Source of the DNA: Camelus dromedarius
Lineage: Eukaryota
Assembly: GCF_036321535.1 (NCBI RefSeq)
Contig: NC_087437.1
Coordinates: forward strand, 115,446,001 to 115,510,000
Length of the DNA: 64,000 bases
Direction of reading: 5' to 3'
The notes below the pieces were generated by a model. That model did not search any database and was not told the DNA's origin. It saw only the letters and a program-made list of their open reading frames with translations. The translations under genes were made by a program, and so were the position numbers. Of the stretch, positions 1 through 13,600 are shown piece by piece; position 1 is the stretch's first letter, and each line of letters begins with the position of its first letter.

Positions 1-1894
1 CTCAAAAGAAGCGATGACAAATGTGAACGTGAACTGGGAATTAGGTGACACTGGAGAACTTCTGTTCATTTTGACAGGTGGGAAAATGTTAACTGTGATT
101 ATGTGGAAGGATGTCCTGATTTTTTGGAGACAGTGATTGTATTTTGAGATAAAGTGTCAAGATTCTCTAAGTAACTTTGAAATGATTTAGAAAAAACAAA
201 TACAGATGAATCAAAGGTGGCAAAGTTCTAATAAATGTTGAATCTAGGTGACAAGTGTCAGGGTGACAAGCTCTGATAGATCTGAGGCTAAGAAGACACC
301 TTTTCGATTTCAGAAACTTGTGAGATACTTGGGGAGGTGCAGAGTTTCCAAACTGTAGCGTTCTGAGGTTAATCCCCAAAGTGGTAAACTCCAATGGCCA
401 AAATAAAGGGGGTCGGGGTGATTCTTTAGCTTACTGAAGAATTAACCAGAGGTGAAGTCTCCTTTTGCATTTTAACCAGTGTCCAATTTACACATAGCTG
501 CAGAGGAACACAAGTTTTGTATGTATATCTGTATGCCTTTATTAGCAATATTTGCAAAAGGATGAGATTCCCAGTTTTATTTTAAATAAATTAATCTTTC
601 AACAAGAAAAACACTGGAAAAGAAAGTAATAAGCAAGAAGTATGCCCACAGAAAATCTGATGTTATTCTATTCAGTTTCTAATAAACACATGCTTATATC
701 ATTAAATAAACAGTATCAAAGAACCATTGTGTGGTTAAAGCAGGTTGATGCTGATTCTAGAAAGAGAATAAAAATAATTTTGAAAATGCAACGTTTGAGA
801 TATTTCCAGTCTTGCTAAAAAGGTTATTTTTCATTTACTTTCTTCCACGGTGAAAAGCTGGTCAGAGGACTCAGGTCTACATACCAACAACCTGTATGTC
901 TACACAGTGACTTCCTTTGAACTAGACACTTGGCTGTTACTTAAGGGTTGTCCAAAGCCTTTAGTATGCATATTGCCCGAAAAAGGTGCACTGATAACAA
1001 AGGACTAGAAAAGCTTGTCTTTACAGAAAGATATGTATTGCCACAGAGTACATCACACTCCATGTGTTTCTTCTTGACCAGTCTTTTAGGCAATTCATAA
1101 AACTCATGTACAAACCTTTGGCTAAACTCACAAGTGTTTTGACGACTTTTATTGTAAAAGTGCTATATTTTAAGAGGGAAATGGTCTCTACCAAGACCGA
1201 ATTATTGGCTAACAATTAATAAGTCAAAAAATTTCCTAATTTCCGGCCCTCCTGCACGTACGTAAAACAAAATGCTTTTGTCTCATCTAGCAAGGGAACC
1301 ATGGATATCACAGAAGCACCTTTCTTCCCACTGAATAAAGGAAAGGCTCTCTTTCTCTCCCTCTGAGTCATGACTCTGAGCTGTGCCGGGGACAACAGCC
1401 ACTGTGAAAGGCAGCCTGAGCGAGCGGAGGCAGACGGGAGTCGTAAGTCCACTTCCTCCTCACTTACGAGGCTTGTTCAATAAAGAACACAAGCCTATGT
1501 AGAGCAGCAGCCTTTGGATATTAAACAAAGAGATATTTATACGTATGAAACAGACAAGTTAGTGCGGGTGCCAGAGAGAAGTGAGGGCATATCTATTACC
1601 AACAAGAAGAGCGCCCCTTACGGTGTCAGTATGGCCTGAACAGAGCCCCAAGAAACAGAATTTTTAAAAAGGATCTACAGCATGGGTCCTCCAGGATTCC
1701 CATCAAAGATAATGGTCATACGTAAATTAAGTTCCAAAGGGCAAAATGAGAAATCAATTCAGAATATACACAGGGGGGCCCAGCAATAAACCATACTAAA
1801 CTCTTGGGTCCGCCCTTGAACTTTCAGTGAACGGGAGCCCAAGCTGTGGTGCAGGAGAGTCGGGAGGTCAGCTGCACAGGATGAGGAAACTCAC

Positions 1895-2044
1895 CTGAAT
1901 GTTGACAAACACGCCATGATAAGTCTCATACAGAACTTTGTTACCCTTCACGAGCAGAGGAAACTCAAAAGGAATTTCTGTTTTGCCGCTGGGAAATTTC
2001 CCTGGCTTCACCATTTCGATGGTACTGTTGATAATCTGGATAGG
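1895..2044 (-). CDS. VPS26C: VPS26C coding exon 3 (PIQIINSTIEMVKPGKFPSGKTEIPFEFPLLVKGNKVLYETYHGVFVNIQ)
   Basis: 150 nt, phase 0/0; acceptor tttttctttacag|CCT and donor CAG|gtgagt; contains the VPS26-family motifs PFEF and YETYHG. Confidence 0.97.
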
Positions 2045-3108
2045 CTGTAAAGAAAAATCAACTCAGTCCATCGACATGCACTTTTTGATGCACTTTCTTT
2101 CAAGTTACTGCGTCTATTAGACAATCTCCCGAGAGACAGCATGGCCAGCCCTCGGCCGCTACCATCCCGGTGCCGCACCTGCAGGCGGGCGGTGAGCCGG
2201 CCCAAGTCTTTGGTTCGTTTGCAGGACTGGATGCTTAGGCCTTGGATGCACAGTAGGAAGTGAATCGATGTAACTCCCTCTCTTCCCCACAAATATCCTG
2301 GCTGTGCTAACAACCTCCTAGCAGGCACCCCTGTCTTAGGAGCAGGGCTGCTCTGCAGCCCCGGGGGGCTGGGGAGGCCTCCTCCACTGGGCCCAGGGAG
2401 GGAGACAGCACCAACGCTCAGAACCTGCATGAAAGGTGGCTGTTACACCTTAGTTAAGGTATCCTAAGCCTTGGTTTAGAATCACGCTGAGAAAATTCAC
2501 AGCTTCTGAAGTGAGCCTCTAAATGCTGATGGAGGAAAATAAAACTGGGAAAACACAGGGAGGCCCTGAATCCAAATACTGCTGCTGCCCTCTTCCTTCC
2601 TCTGAACTCTTTCTCCCTCGGAACTGAAAGAGTTAACATGACCCTCAGGGAAAGGAAACTATACAGATGGAAAAAAAAGAGTTTACCATTCTGGAACACA
2701 GAACTTTACGCTAAATGACTGCAAAGAATGGCTCTCCCTGCATCTTACCTGGATGCCAGCTCCAACAGCAGCTGGGTTAAAATAACAGTTAAAATAACAG
2801 CTTTGTTTTAAGAAAGTGAGTGCCAGAAGGTTCAGGCACAACCTCTCAGAAGAGCCCTGGTCTCTGTAATGGCCGAATTACTCCACTAACAGCTCCCCTA
2901 ATCTTAACAGGAGCACAGACAGGCTTTCAATAACAGAATATATTCAGAATCAAAACACCTGAATGTTTTTTCAGATTAGTAAGTAGTGAAAACATGACTG
3001 TCACCATCCCTTACAAATAATAAACAGCAACCACAAAGCCAGACAGCAAATGAAAATCACCAGACATTTGATTCATGAACAAAAAATGTGCAATGCAAGC
3101 ATCCTCAC

Positions 3109-3252
3109 CTTAACAGAATTATAGAATGCTTCGAACACACCCACACTCTTGGCACTGAGCTGGAGGTTCACACTTCCTTCCACTGTCAAGGAGACTCCCT
3201 GGTGCTGGATGGCATCCTTCCCAGAGATGACCACCACCCCGGAGAGCATTTC
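3109..3252 (-). CDS. VPS26C: VPS26C coding exon 2 (EMLSGVVVISGKDAIQHQGVSLTVEGSVNLQLSAKSVGVFEAFYNSVK)
   Basis: 144 nt, phase 0/0; acceptor ctctcccctag|GAA and donor AAG|gtgagg; open frame continues exon 1; recognisable VPS26C sequence. Confidence 0.97.
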
Positions 3253-4863
3253 CTAGGGGAGAGGAGACAACACCGGTCAAGTTAGCACGTCTCTTTCATT
3301 AACCTGGTTCACCTCAAAGTAAGCCTCCATAACCATCAATTCTTCCAAAGATGCAGATATTCACTGAGCGCTTCTTACAGACCAGACGCCTGGATGCCAG
3401 GATGGAGAAGACATGGCCACTGCGGGGCCCAGGAGTGGGAGAGCAGGCAAAGAGTCTCATCCTATCCCTGCCTTCCAGACACATCTTCATTCCCGCTGGA
3501 GAATCCGAACAAATGTCTGATTTCAAAAGCACACAGACAAGGGCCTGGGCGGAATGGCAGTCCGAGCCGCATACAGCAGGGGCGAGTGTGATGATCCCGC
3601 AGAAGGAATGTGATACAATGAAACCTTTTCTTTAAGTTCTCTCTCAATCACGCTGACAGACTGAGATGACCACACGCTGTCAAAGGCATGAGTAATTGAA
3701 CACAACTGCTGGCCGGTGTCCTCTGCCCAAAAAGCCTCCCGGGAGGGCTGGGGGTCATGGATGTCACACCCCACGGGCACGCAGCACCGTCACTAAGGCC
3801 TCCTGGGTCCCTCTGGGTCCTGCTTCACGCTGGTGGTCAGTCGAGCCCAGACTTCCCTAGTTCATAAATCATGTAAGAAAGACTTCACAGCATACCATCC
3901 ATTCACTTCTCTGGAGATAATTACTGAGTAACAGAATATGGACACGGACCCCATTCATTCCTGGATGACAGCTCCCTCCTGACCCTGTGGAACCCAAGAG
4001 CCTCAGTTTGCGACAAGGGTCTGGGCAGGGCTGGAAGGCGAGATGAACCAGCACCAACCAGAGCAGAAAGAGAATCCACAATAAACACAAAGCAACGTGT
4101 TTCTGAAACGACCTTCAGAAACAGCACGTGACTGCTGTCACAATGTGATGGCAGAAAACTGCTGACCGAAAAAAAGAAAGAAAGAAAAAAAAACGGCAAA
4201 AATTAAGTGGTCAGCTAATCAAAGCATGAAAAAATTCTGTCCTTTTGGTGTTTAAATGTTTTTACCTTTTATTTCCTCTAGTTATCTAGTGAAAAAATGT
4301 TCACAGACTTCTCATATTATGCAAAATTTGGGGAGCAGGGAATATTCTCCCTTAAACATGCTATGTATTTTGCTTTTGTTTCCCACTCCCCACCTCAAAG
4401 TTCTAAAGTCTAAACTAAAACAAACATTATTAGCTCAATTTTAAGCAGAATTCTAGGAGCACAACTCCTTTGTTCTTAACATAAAAAGCTCATAAGCAAA
4501 TTTAAATGAAAACTCCTCTGAAATACTAATTTAACTTTTAAATTTAATTAAAATTAATTAATTTTTGTACAACCTCAATGAAATAAAAATTAATTTTTAA
4601 AAATTTAAAACTACTTGTATATTTTTAAAAACATACTTGACTAGAACGTCCCAAAATTAAAATTAGACAAAACAACTTCATGAACTTTATCAAATAAACA
4701 ACACAATGGCGCTTGAGGGTAATTGTGCTTCTATTTAACCATAACATTTTCAGTTACTCTCATGGGAACAGGATCTGGGCTGACCACTGAGAAGCATATT
4801 ATAATCATGACATCCATAAAACTGTTCCCTTCCTTAATCCCTACAGCATAAGAAGGAAAAAGC

Positions 4864-4986
4864 ATAGCTCGTGGGGAAAAAGAATATGAAAATGAATATT
4901 TATATATCCACACATGACTGAAAAACTGTGCTGTATACCAGAAATTGACACAACATTGTAAACTGACTATAACTCAATAAAAAAAA
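4864..4986 (+). mobile_element. Very short 5'-truncated L1 3' end with poly(A)
   Basis: L1 3'UTR motif ccagaaattgacacaacattgtaaactgactata; perfect 14-bp TSD aagaaggaaaaagc at 4850-4863 and 4987-5000. Confidence 0.85.
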
Positions 4987-7714
4987 AAGAAGGAAAAAGC
5001 GGTGAAATACCTTGGAAACAGGCAGAGCAAATATTTTATGACTCTTTTATTCTTTGGGTTTAATTAAGAAAGAAGATTAACAAAATATTTGCAGATAAAT
5101 TTGGCATACTAACAATATACAGGTCCATTCTACTCCTACCAACAAAAGGACAAAAGAATTAGTCCAAGTATAGCCCAAGGAGCCGAGAATTTTGGAAACA
5201 GATGATATTTCAACAAAGAATTGATATCCATGGTAGCGAGAAAACAGACACTTCTTGTTTCTTTTTTTTAAATTGAGATATAATCGGCATACAACACTGT
5301 ATCAGTTTTAGGTGTACCAGGCAATTCTGGATCAATCCCAGGAAAGGAGGACAGAATAACTTGAATAACTGAAATTAAGGAGAACCCAAGACCTCACCAA
5401 GAACTTCCAGCTCAGACTTCTGTCTGGAAGGCTCAGCAGGGAGATAAGAAGATCAGGGCTGGAGAGTGAGGATGCCTCACTGACACCTCCACCTGATAAG
5501 CTGGGGTCCCTCACTGAGGGCCACGATTTCAAAGAGGGGCCGCTCCTGGATGTCAGGATGGCAACGAATCAGGGACGTGGTGTACAATGTGTGCTGAGTT
5601 TGAGCGAGGAGAGCCACAGCTTTTGTCATGTCACCAAGAAGCCTGGCCCTGAGAAAGGTTGAGAATCACAGATGACAAGACACACAGGCCCCACACTCGA
5701 GTGCAAGGAGCAGACACAACCCAGCAGACCTCCATGTCGCCTTGGATCCCACCAGCATCCCGAAAATTCAGCTGAGCCCTAGGTGGGGATGCATCCAAGG
5801 GGAGCACCGCACAGAGCTGGCTGCAGGTCCGCCTGGGTCTCGGCCTGGAGGAGTCAAATCCAGAGGGAGGGCTGGAGCGGCATCTTCAAACACAAACTGA
5901 AAGAGGAGGCTGGGAGAAGGCACGCCAGGGCTCCCGGTCTCCCCGTCCTCCAGCCGTGTGGCTTTCCTGGCAGAAACCGCCACCGAGTGTGTCCCAAGGA
6001 TGGGAGGAGACTGTGGTTTCTAACTCTGACTCCTTTGTCTTCTCTAGACCTAAAAGGCTCCTAGCAAACTCCACAACTGTTTTATTCACTGTTCTCTGGA
6101 CTTAAATGCAAAACCCATAATCGGGACTCTGGGTTTGAGGATGGTGGCGCCGAGACAGCATCCCCCTACTCAGCCTCCTGGAAATCATCCAAAAGAACAA
6201 GACACAAAACCACAAACTGCATTTTTGGCGAAATAAGGAGAGAGTTAAATACTGTGAGATAAGTGGAGTGAAGACTGAGCAGGGAGACCGTGGTCAAGAG
6301 ATGAAACGAGGCAGCCCCAGGGAGGAATCCCCCAAATGCACCCCACAGGGCAGCAGGAACTGTAACAACCTCCCAGCTGCCTCTCTCATGTGGGGAGCGG
6401 GGGTAAAGGTTACAGAAACTCACATAAAACCTCAGCCCGCTTGGTCTCAGCATAAATTCATCTTCTACAAGAAGATAGTGAAAGAACCAGCAGAGGAGCC
6501 CAGGACACATAACAGACTTAAAAGGAGGTGTGGAAAGGAGAGAGAGAAATCCAAGTGGCATTTCTGTGAGGCCTCCCTGGACCATTCCTATTCAACCCCT
6601 CCACAGCACTCATTTATCCCCACTCCCTGACTTTGCTCTGTACCATCTGTCATCTTCTAAAATCCTACATAAGTACTTACCTGTTTTATCACCTGTTCTC
6701 CAAGATGTTAATGCCACGTGGGTAGAGTGACTGCAGGAGTAGGAGCTCGATGCTTACTGAATGAATAAATGATTACTCACCAGAAAAAACAGCACCATCA
6801 AGCAGATGAAAATTGTGAACGTGCATCTCACTGTGTATTTTTAAAGTGTAATGAAGCAACTGCCTTTATAAAGGATGAACACAAAACAGAGCTATAAGAG
6901 CTCAGGGATGATGAAATGATGAGGCAACAGAAAGAGATAAAAAAAAATATAAGGAAAGCTCAGAAAAGAAGTGGAAGGAAAAAAATAAAACAAAACCATC
7001 ACAGAAAAGGAGGTAAAACTGAAAGAGGCTCAAAATATATACAGGACAAAAATGAGAAAATTGAAACAAATCAGGTGAAAATTTAAGAATGAATTAAAAA
7101 GAATCGCCAAAAAATGATAAATATGAGAGACAATGAGGAACACCGAACATAAGCATAATGAAGTTCCTATAAAGAAAACTGAAACAACAGAACACAACAA
7201 ATATTTACTGATGTAATTTTCAAATACTGAAAGAGCAAATGAATTAGGAATGGTTAAGAAAAAGACTCAAGTAAAATTATCCTACTTAAAAAAAGAAAGA
7301 ATACTTTAGGAGTCAGGGAAAGGAAAAGACACTTATAAGAGAGGGAAAAAAATCAGACTTCTTCATGGCAAAATGCAATTCAAAATGAAACTACAGCAAT
7401 ACCCATTACGATGCTCAAGGAAACAAAGTGTGATCCTAGAATTTTATACCTACATAAACAATCACTCACATGTAAAAGAAGTTTTAAGTGTACAAAAGCA
7501 AACAAACAAAACCAGAAGAAGCACAGTATGAAAAGCCCCCTTGAAGAATTTAGTAGATAGTGAACTATCACTCTTCAAGGGATGGAGAGAAACACTGCGT
7601 CAAAAGAACCAACCGTGAGGATGGAATCCATTTAACTGTAAGAATAAGACTAAGAGATAAGTGATGATTATGGTGAGAGAGCAGGATGCAAAATTCAAGT
7701 CCTGACAGTGTAGA

Positions 7715-7860
7715 AACTAAATAAAATTTAAAGTTCAGGTCCTCAGTTGCACTAGCCACACTTCAAGTGCTTAAAAGCCACCGTACGGCTAGTGGCTATC
7801 ATAATGGACAGGGCAGATAAACAGCACATTCATATCATCACAGAGATGTGACCAGTCCTG
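7715..7860 (+). mobile_element. MER33/MER3-like hAT-Charlie fragment
   Basis: cctcagttgcactagccacacttcaagtgct...ggctagtggcta internal palindrome typical of this family. Confidence 0.7.
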
Positions 7861-10527
7861 GTTTAAAGTTAGTAAGTCAAATAACATAGTACAAATAAAG
7901 TCAACAAAGGTAAACACCAACAAAGGTAATATCTGTAAATAACTAAGGTCAGTTGGTAGAAGAGCAGGGAGAAAGAAAGAAGAGGAAATATACTGATTTC
8001 ATCATTGCTCACAGTAGAGAATTAATAAATAACCTCTAAAACAGAAGATTGAGGGTACAATAAAAACCTTTATGGGTAACAATTATAACAAATAAAACTC
8101 CAAATTATTAGAAAATCATACAAAGAAAATAAGGCTATAGAGAGGAAGCTGGTTTAAAAGCTACTTAAAAACAATTCCCCCAAATGGCTGCAAAGCAGCA
8201 ATGACAGAACTAATGCCAAACATGTCTCATGAATAAATGGGCTAAACTAACATCTATTAAAAAACAGACACTCAGATTATAGCTCAAAGTAAAACCCAAC
8301 TTTATGCTGTACGACAGAGAAGCCCCTAAAAACAGCAGGGGTGAGGGTGGATTTGGAAAGGCTGAAGAAGGAAGGATAAGCAAATGGAAGACCTAAATCG
8401 TGGGTTGTAATCTTAATATTTGACAAGGCAGAGTTCAGAGAAGGAAGGATTAAACAAGACAGAGAAGGGCACTGCATGGTTCTAGAGGGCGCAGCTCACT
8501 GTAGAGACGTGTGGCATCACTGTCCGAGGATCAAATAACACAGCATCAACACTCAAAGCAGAAACTACAGGGGATACAAAGAGAAAACTGAGTAACACAC
8601 ATTCATTGTGGGAGGTGTTAATTTACCCCCTTGAGCTCATGACAATGGAGAGGACAAAAAGAAGAAAAAATACACGGCACCGAGGTGACACATCAATAAG
8701 GCATAACTAAATGAACTCTACACACAACAGGCTGAACTCTACACCCTGAAAATGGAGAATACAGTCTTTGTAATGTCCATGGTATATTCACAAAAATTGA
8801 CCAAGTTAGTCTGTAAATAAGCCCAACAGGTCTTTCTTTAGGAAAAAAAATAGCAAAGCAAATTATTCTAATCAAGAAATGAGAGATATCAAAGAGACAG
8901 TAATTTAAATAATGATTAGAGAACACATTAAGTGCACATAAGTAAATCTGAAAAGTTGGTAAAGTCAATTATTTTTCTAGGAAATTATAATTTACCCATA
9001 CTAACTCCAAAGGAGACAGGAAACCTAAGCAAATCAATCACCACAGAAAAAAACAGAGGAAGTTATAATATAAACCCCTCCAAAGCACCAGGCCCAGAGA
9101 GTTTCACAGCTCACACCCAAATGTGTAAAATACAGAAAACTCCAACATTAAACTACTCCAAAACACAGAAAAGGAAAGAATTTCTTTAAAAGAAAATTAA
9201 GCAAACATAACAACACCAAAGTATGACAAAATCTACACACACACCCCCCATACACACAGAAAACTAGATTTTTCTAACTTATAAATAACAACACAAAAGT
9301 CCTAAATAAAATGTTAGCACTACAATCCAGAAGCAACTTAAAGGAATGATTATACCATAACTATGTAGGATTGAGTCCAGGAATATATGGATAGCTCAAT
9401 CGCTGAGGAAAACTATTAATACAATTCACTACATTAATAGCTCTACAGAGAAAAATCGTACAGTCATCTCCATAGATGCTGAAAAGTCACTTGCTAAAAT
9501 TTATTGACAAAATTCCTAGTAAAATACAAATAGAAGGGTATTTCCTTACCCTGAAGTCAGCATCAAACCTAATGGGAAATGAGATACAACCCATTTAAGT
9601 TAGGAGTAAAACAAGGACGACCACCATCACCACTGTTAACGCACTACAAGTACTAGTTAATGCAATCAAACCAGGAACGGAAGGAAGGGTAAGAATTGAT
9701 ATGAAGGTAAAACTATCATTATTTATAGATGACATGACTGCATGCCCAGAGGAACCCAAGACAGTTTACTGAGAACTATCAACACAAAGAGAATTTCAGG
9801 AAGGAAAACAGCGGGGTACAAAACTATCACACAGAAATCAACAAGGCAACATGAACACAACGGCCATCAAGAAGATACGCTGGAAGAAAAATACTTTATT
9901 TCCAAAACAACAAAAAGTTAGAATATTATAAATCAACTTAACAGGAAATGTCTAAAACCCTGATAAGATGAAAACTAAGCTGAAGGGCACAAAAGAAACA
10001 CATGGAAAGCTGTACCATGTTTTTGAACAGGAAGTTTTAACACCCTTAACTTGTCAGTCTTTCCCTGTCAGTCTATAAAGGCAAAGAAAACAACATTAGA
10101 ATTATGTGTGTGCATGTTTTTAGAGGTGGAGTGGGATGAGACAGACAAGCTGATTTTAAAATCCTTCTGGAATAATAGACTCTGAAATGAAGAGAAATGA
10201 GGGGGACTAGCCCTATGAGACATCACACCACCACAGTAACTTACGAAGTGTGTGCAGGGCATGTATGGGCTGAAAGATCAATAGAACAGGATGGAAACTC
10301 CAGAAACAGACCCAGAGTCTGGGAATTTAAGAGATGATAAAGGTAGCATTTTAAATCCAGAGGGAAAAGGTGGAAAATTCACTAAATGCTGGAAAACCAG
10401 CCAGAGATCTGGGGGAAAAAACTGGTCAGAAGAGAACTGGTAAAAAAAAAAAAAATAATAATAAAATAAAATAAAATAATTAAGCTGGATTCATACTGCA
10501 AACCTTTGTACACAAAAAGCACTAAAT

Positions 10528-10672
10528 AGGGGGCGGGGTGGTATATCTCAAGTGGTAGAGCACATGCTCAGTGTACACAAGGTCCTGGGTTCAATTCCCT
10601 GCACCTCCTCTAAAAAAAAACTAGTAAACCTAAATACCTCCCCCAACAAATAAATAAATTAAAAAAAAATTT
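10528..10672 (+). mobile_element. tRNA-Ala-derived camelid-type SINE
   Basis: tRNA-like head with A/B boxes; tail aaacctaaatacctcccc; A-rich end; perfect TSD aaagcactaaat at 10516-10527 and 10673-10684. Confidence 0.9.
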
Positions 10673-13600
10673 AAAGCACTAAATGCATCAAAGACCTAAA
10701 TGTAAAAATCAAACAATCAAAATCTTAGAAGAAACCACGGAGAATGATTTTTATCATATCAAAGTGGGGAAAGCCTTTCTAAGAATGATTCAAAAGTCAG
10801 AATAAATAGGACTATAAATAAAACCAAAACCAGTTTGTTACATAAACGTGATGATGAGCAACTTCACCTACATAAATGGTCAACTAGGGAAAGAATGCAA
10901 CTTAATATAACAGGCAAAAGGCTAATTTCTCCAGTATCTTGAGAACTCCTAAAGAATAAATGAAAAAAGCCACTCAAACAACCTAGTAGGAAAACTGATG
11001 TGAACACTTCACGGAAAAGGAAATGCAAACGGCTCCTAAGCCCATGAGAAAAGGCTCAGTCTTAACAGTAACATGAGAAATGATCATTAAAACCATCCTA
11101 AGTACCATTTTCCACCTATCAGATTAGCATAAGATCAAAACATATGATCATGTTATGGTAGGGAAGGGGCAACTGGCACTCTCACCCATTGCTGGGGGAC
11201 GCTGAGAATGCCACAACCTCCCAGGGCCATCTGGCAACACCGAAAACATTTTACAAACACCCAGGCCCAGCAGTTCCACTTGGAGGAATTTTCCTCAGGT
11301 ATATTTGCTCACTAAAGTGACTAGGAAAGTGGTGGGTTTTCCCTTTAACAATATCTTGGCGATCATTCATTCACATTAGTACATATACGCTTTTTTTTTT
11401 TTAAAGGCTGGATACTGCATCACTGTGGAAAAAAGGGGGAGAAAAAGACCATTTGTACATATTTACTTGTATATGCATAAAGTATCTTTGGCAGGAATCA
11501 CAAGAAATTGAGAGCTTTCAATGGCCCCAAGGGAGGGGACCTTGATGGACAGTGGGGGGTAGACACATCCATTTTGAAACTCATGAATTGTGAACCATCT
11601 GTGACTAGTCACATAAGAAATCAGTTTTAAAATAAGATAAATCCCAGGATGGGTGGCCTCCACACCTAAATGGACAAAGTTCTAAGCCCCTCAAACGCTG
11701 ACAACCTGAGGGCTTAGTGGTCTTGCTGGGGAGATCTAAAGGATGTATGGCAGAGTCACACTTCTTGGGATTATCTCTAACTTTGGACTTGAACACGACT
11801 GCTAGGGAAGTAGGAGCCTCTGAGTCAATGCCTCAGCCGCTCTCTCTGCAGCATCTTTCCTTTCTGATGGTCCCAGAAGCACTGAGGAGCCTCGATAGCC
11901 ATCATTATCCCCAAGAGTCCTCTGCGTAGCTGAACAAGCCCTCCCTTGCTAACATTTCAGCGCTACCCTCAGAACCCTGCAGGACTCTTAACACCACACA
12001 TGGTCTAGAGGTTCTCTACGCCAAGAGTGAGCCACCCTTTCATTTACTGACAGGGAATCAAACGCGTCAAGGAGTTAAGTAACACAGAAAAGAAATCACA
12101 AGGTAAATCACCGGGCCAGGCGGGAGAACAGGAGCTGGACCATTAACTGCTTGTTGGAACACTCTAGTCCTTCTTAGTAGCACTTAGACACCCATGCTGG
12201 TGGGAAAAGGGGAATCAGAAACATTAAAGAGACTTCAATGTGTTAGGTATCCCCATCTCCACTACCCTGTGGAACAACTGTCTTCCGCCTTGTTTGAAAA
12301 CAGAATAAGGAATCACTGGATATTTCTCCACATATGAAGTAATGGGCCAATATTGTGTGGTGTTTACTAAGGTTCCAGAAAGGAGAATCTTGAAAACGTG
12401 CATCATCTCCAATCTATCACGGACACCAGGACAATGCTGTCAAGAAATCCCACTCCTAGATTTTACTCAGATGAAATGAAAGATTATGTTCACACAAAAA
12501 TCTGCACGCAAATGTTCCTTGTAACTTTATTCATCATCACCCAAGTGTCCCTCAACAGGGGAATGGATGAACAGTGGTGCATCCACACAAGGGAAGACAA
12601 CCAAGCAACTAAAAGGAACAAACTACTGATAACACATTGACGTAAACAAATCTCAAAAGCATTATGCTCCGTGATAAGGCCAGATTCAAAGGGCTGTGAA
12701 TCAAATCTTATTTATGCCATATATGTGACATTCTGCAAAAGGCTGACTACAGGGACTAAAAGCAGATCAGTGTCTACCTGTCTGGGGGTGGGGAGAAGAG
12801 GCTGAGGACAAAGGACACAGGGGTATTTGGGGGAATGACAGAACTTTTCCATATCTTGATTATGATGATGGTTAAGGTCTCAGAGAACTCTACACTGAAA
12901 ACTCCACATGTTCAACTGCGTGTGATACATCTCAAGTAAGAAACCCACAAAGACAATCAAGTATAGAAAGACATACCCTACCTTCTCGACAACAGGATCA
13001 TGTTCTAAAAGTGATTAATATTTAAGTAAAAAACTGGTCGTTAGCAATGGAACTGTATGAAGATACAGAGATACTAATTTGTGTGGCTTACATATTTCCT
13101 GCTAAAACAGAAGAAATAATATCATCCCTCATTTGACAAATGTTTTGCCATGCCTACCTACCATGCATCAGATACTGTTTCAAGCACTGGGGATAAGACA
13201 GTGAACAAGAGGCAAAGCCCCTGCCCTCAGGGGGCTCGCGTCTTAGTACTGCATTCTGATGCTGTGCTAACACGGCGAAACACAGCCGGCTTCTTCTAAG
13301 TGTAAAAGTACAGGTCTAAATAGTCAGTAAAATGGGCTGACAAAAATCACAGCTACTGTCTGATGGAGATACCTCTGAAATGTCTAGTTCTGGAATTTTC
13401 TTGAGGGTCTGGTAAAGAAATCTGAACCACTGAATAAAAGTTTAGAAGAAAGGGACAAAATGAGATAGCCAATACTAGCCACAAAAAGTAAAAATTAATA
13501 GAAGTAAATATGAAGTCTTTAGGGCAGGAATATTAAAATCAAATCTCAGTGTGCTCTGTGGTTTCAGGGGTTAGATACCACATATTAGCAAAATTATGAA

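Larger units (their letters stand above)
6130..12930 (+). mobile_element. Ancient, highly decayed, near-full-length L1 (L1M-type) with later insertions; may be more than one fragment
   Basis: A-rich strand; ORF1-like region ~6.9-7.6 kb; endonuclease-like segment ~8400-8500; RT motif remnants: ISIDAEK (~9465-9490), GxRQG.PLSPL-like (~9600-9640), KLSLFxDDM (~9710-9740); L1 3'UTR-like sequence 12430-12930. Confidence 0.75.

Noticed and set aside
538..1153. Minus-strand AATAAA hexamers (538-543, 576-581, 1148-1153) as intronic poly(A) sites
   Set aside because: Expected by chance in AT-rich DNA; no independent support
1021..1215. Possible VPS26C exon 4
   Set aside because: Translation does not resemble the expected continuation (YTLRCDM...); exon 4 must lie left of the window
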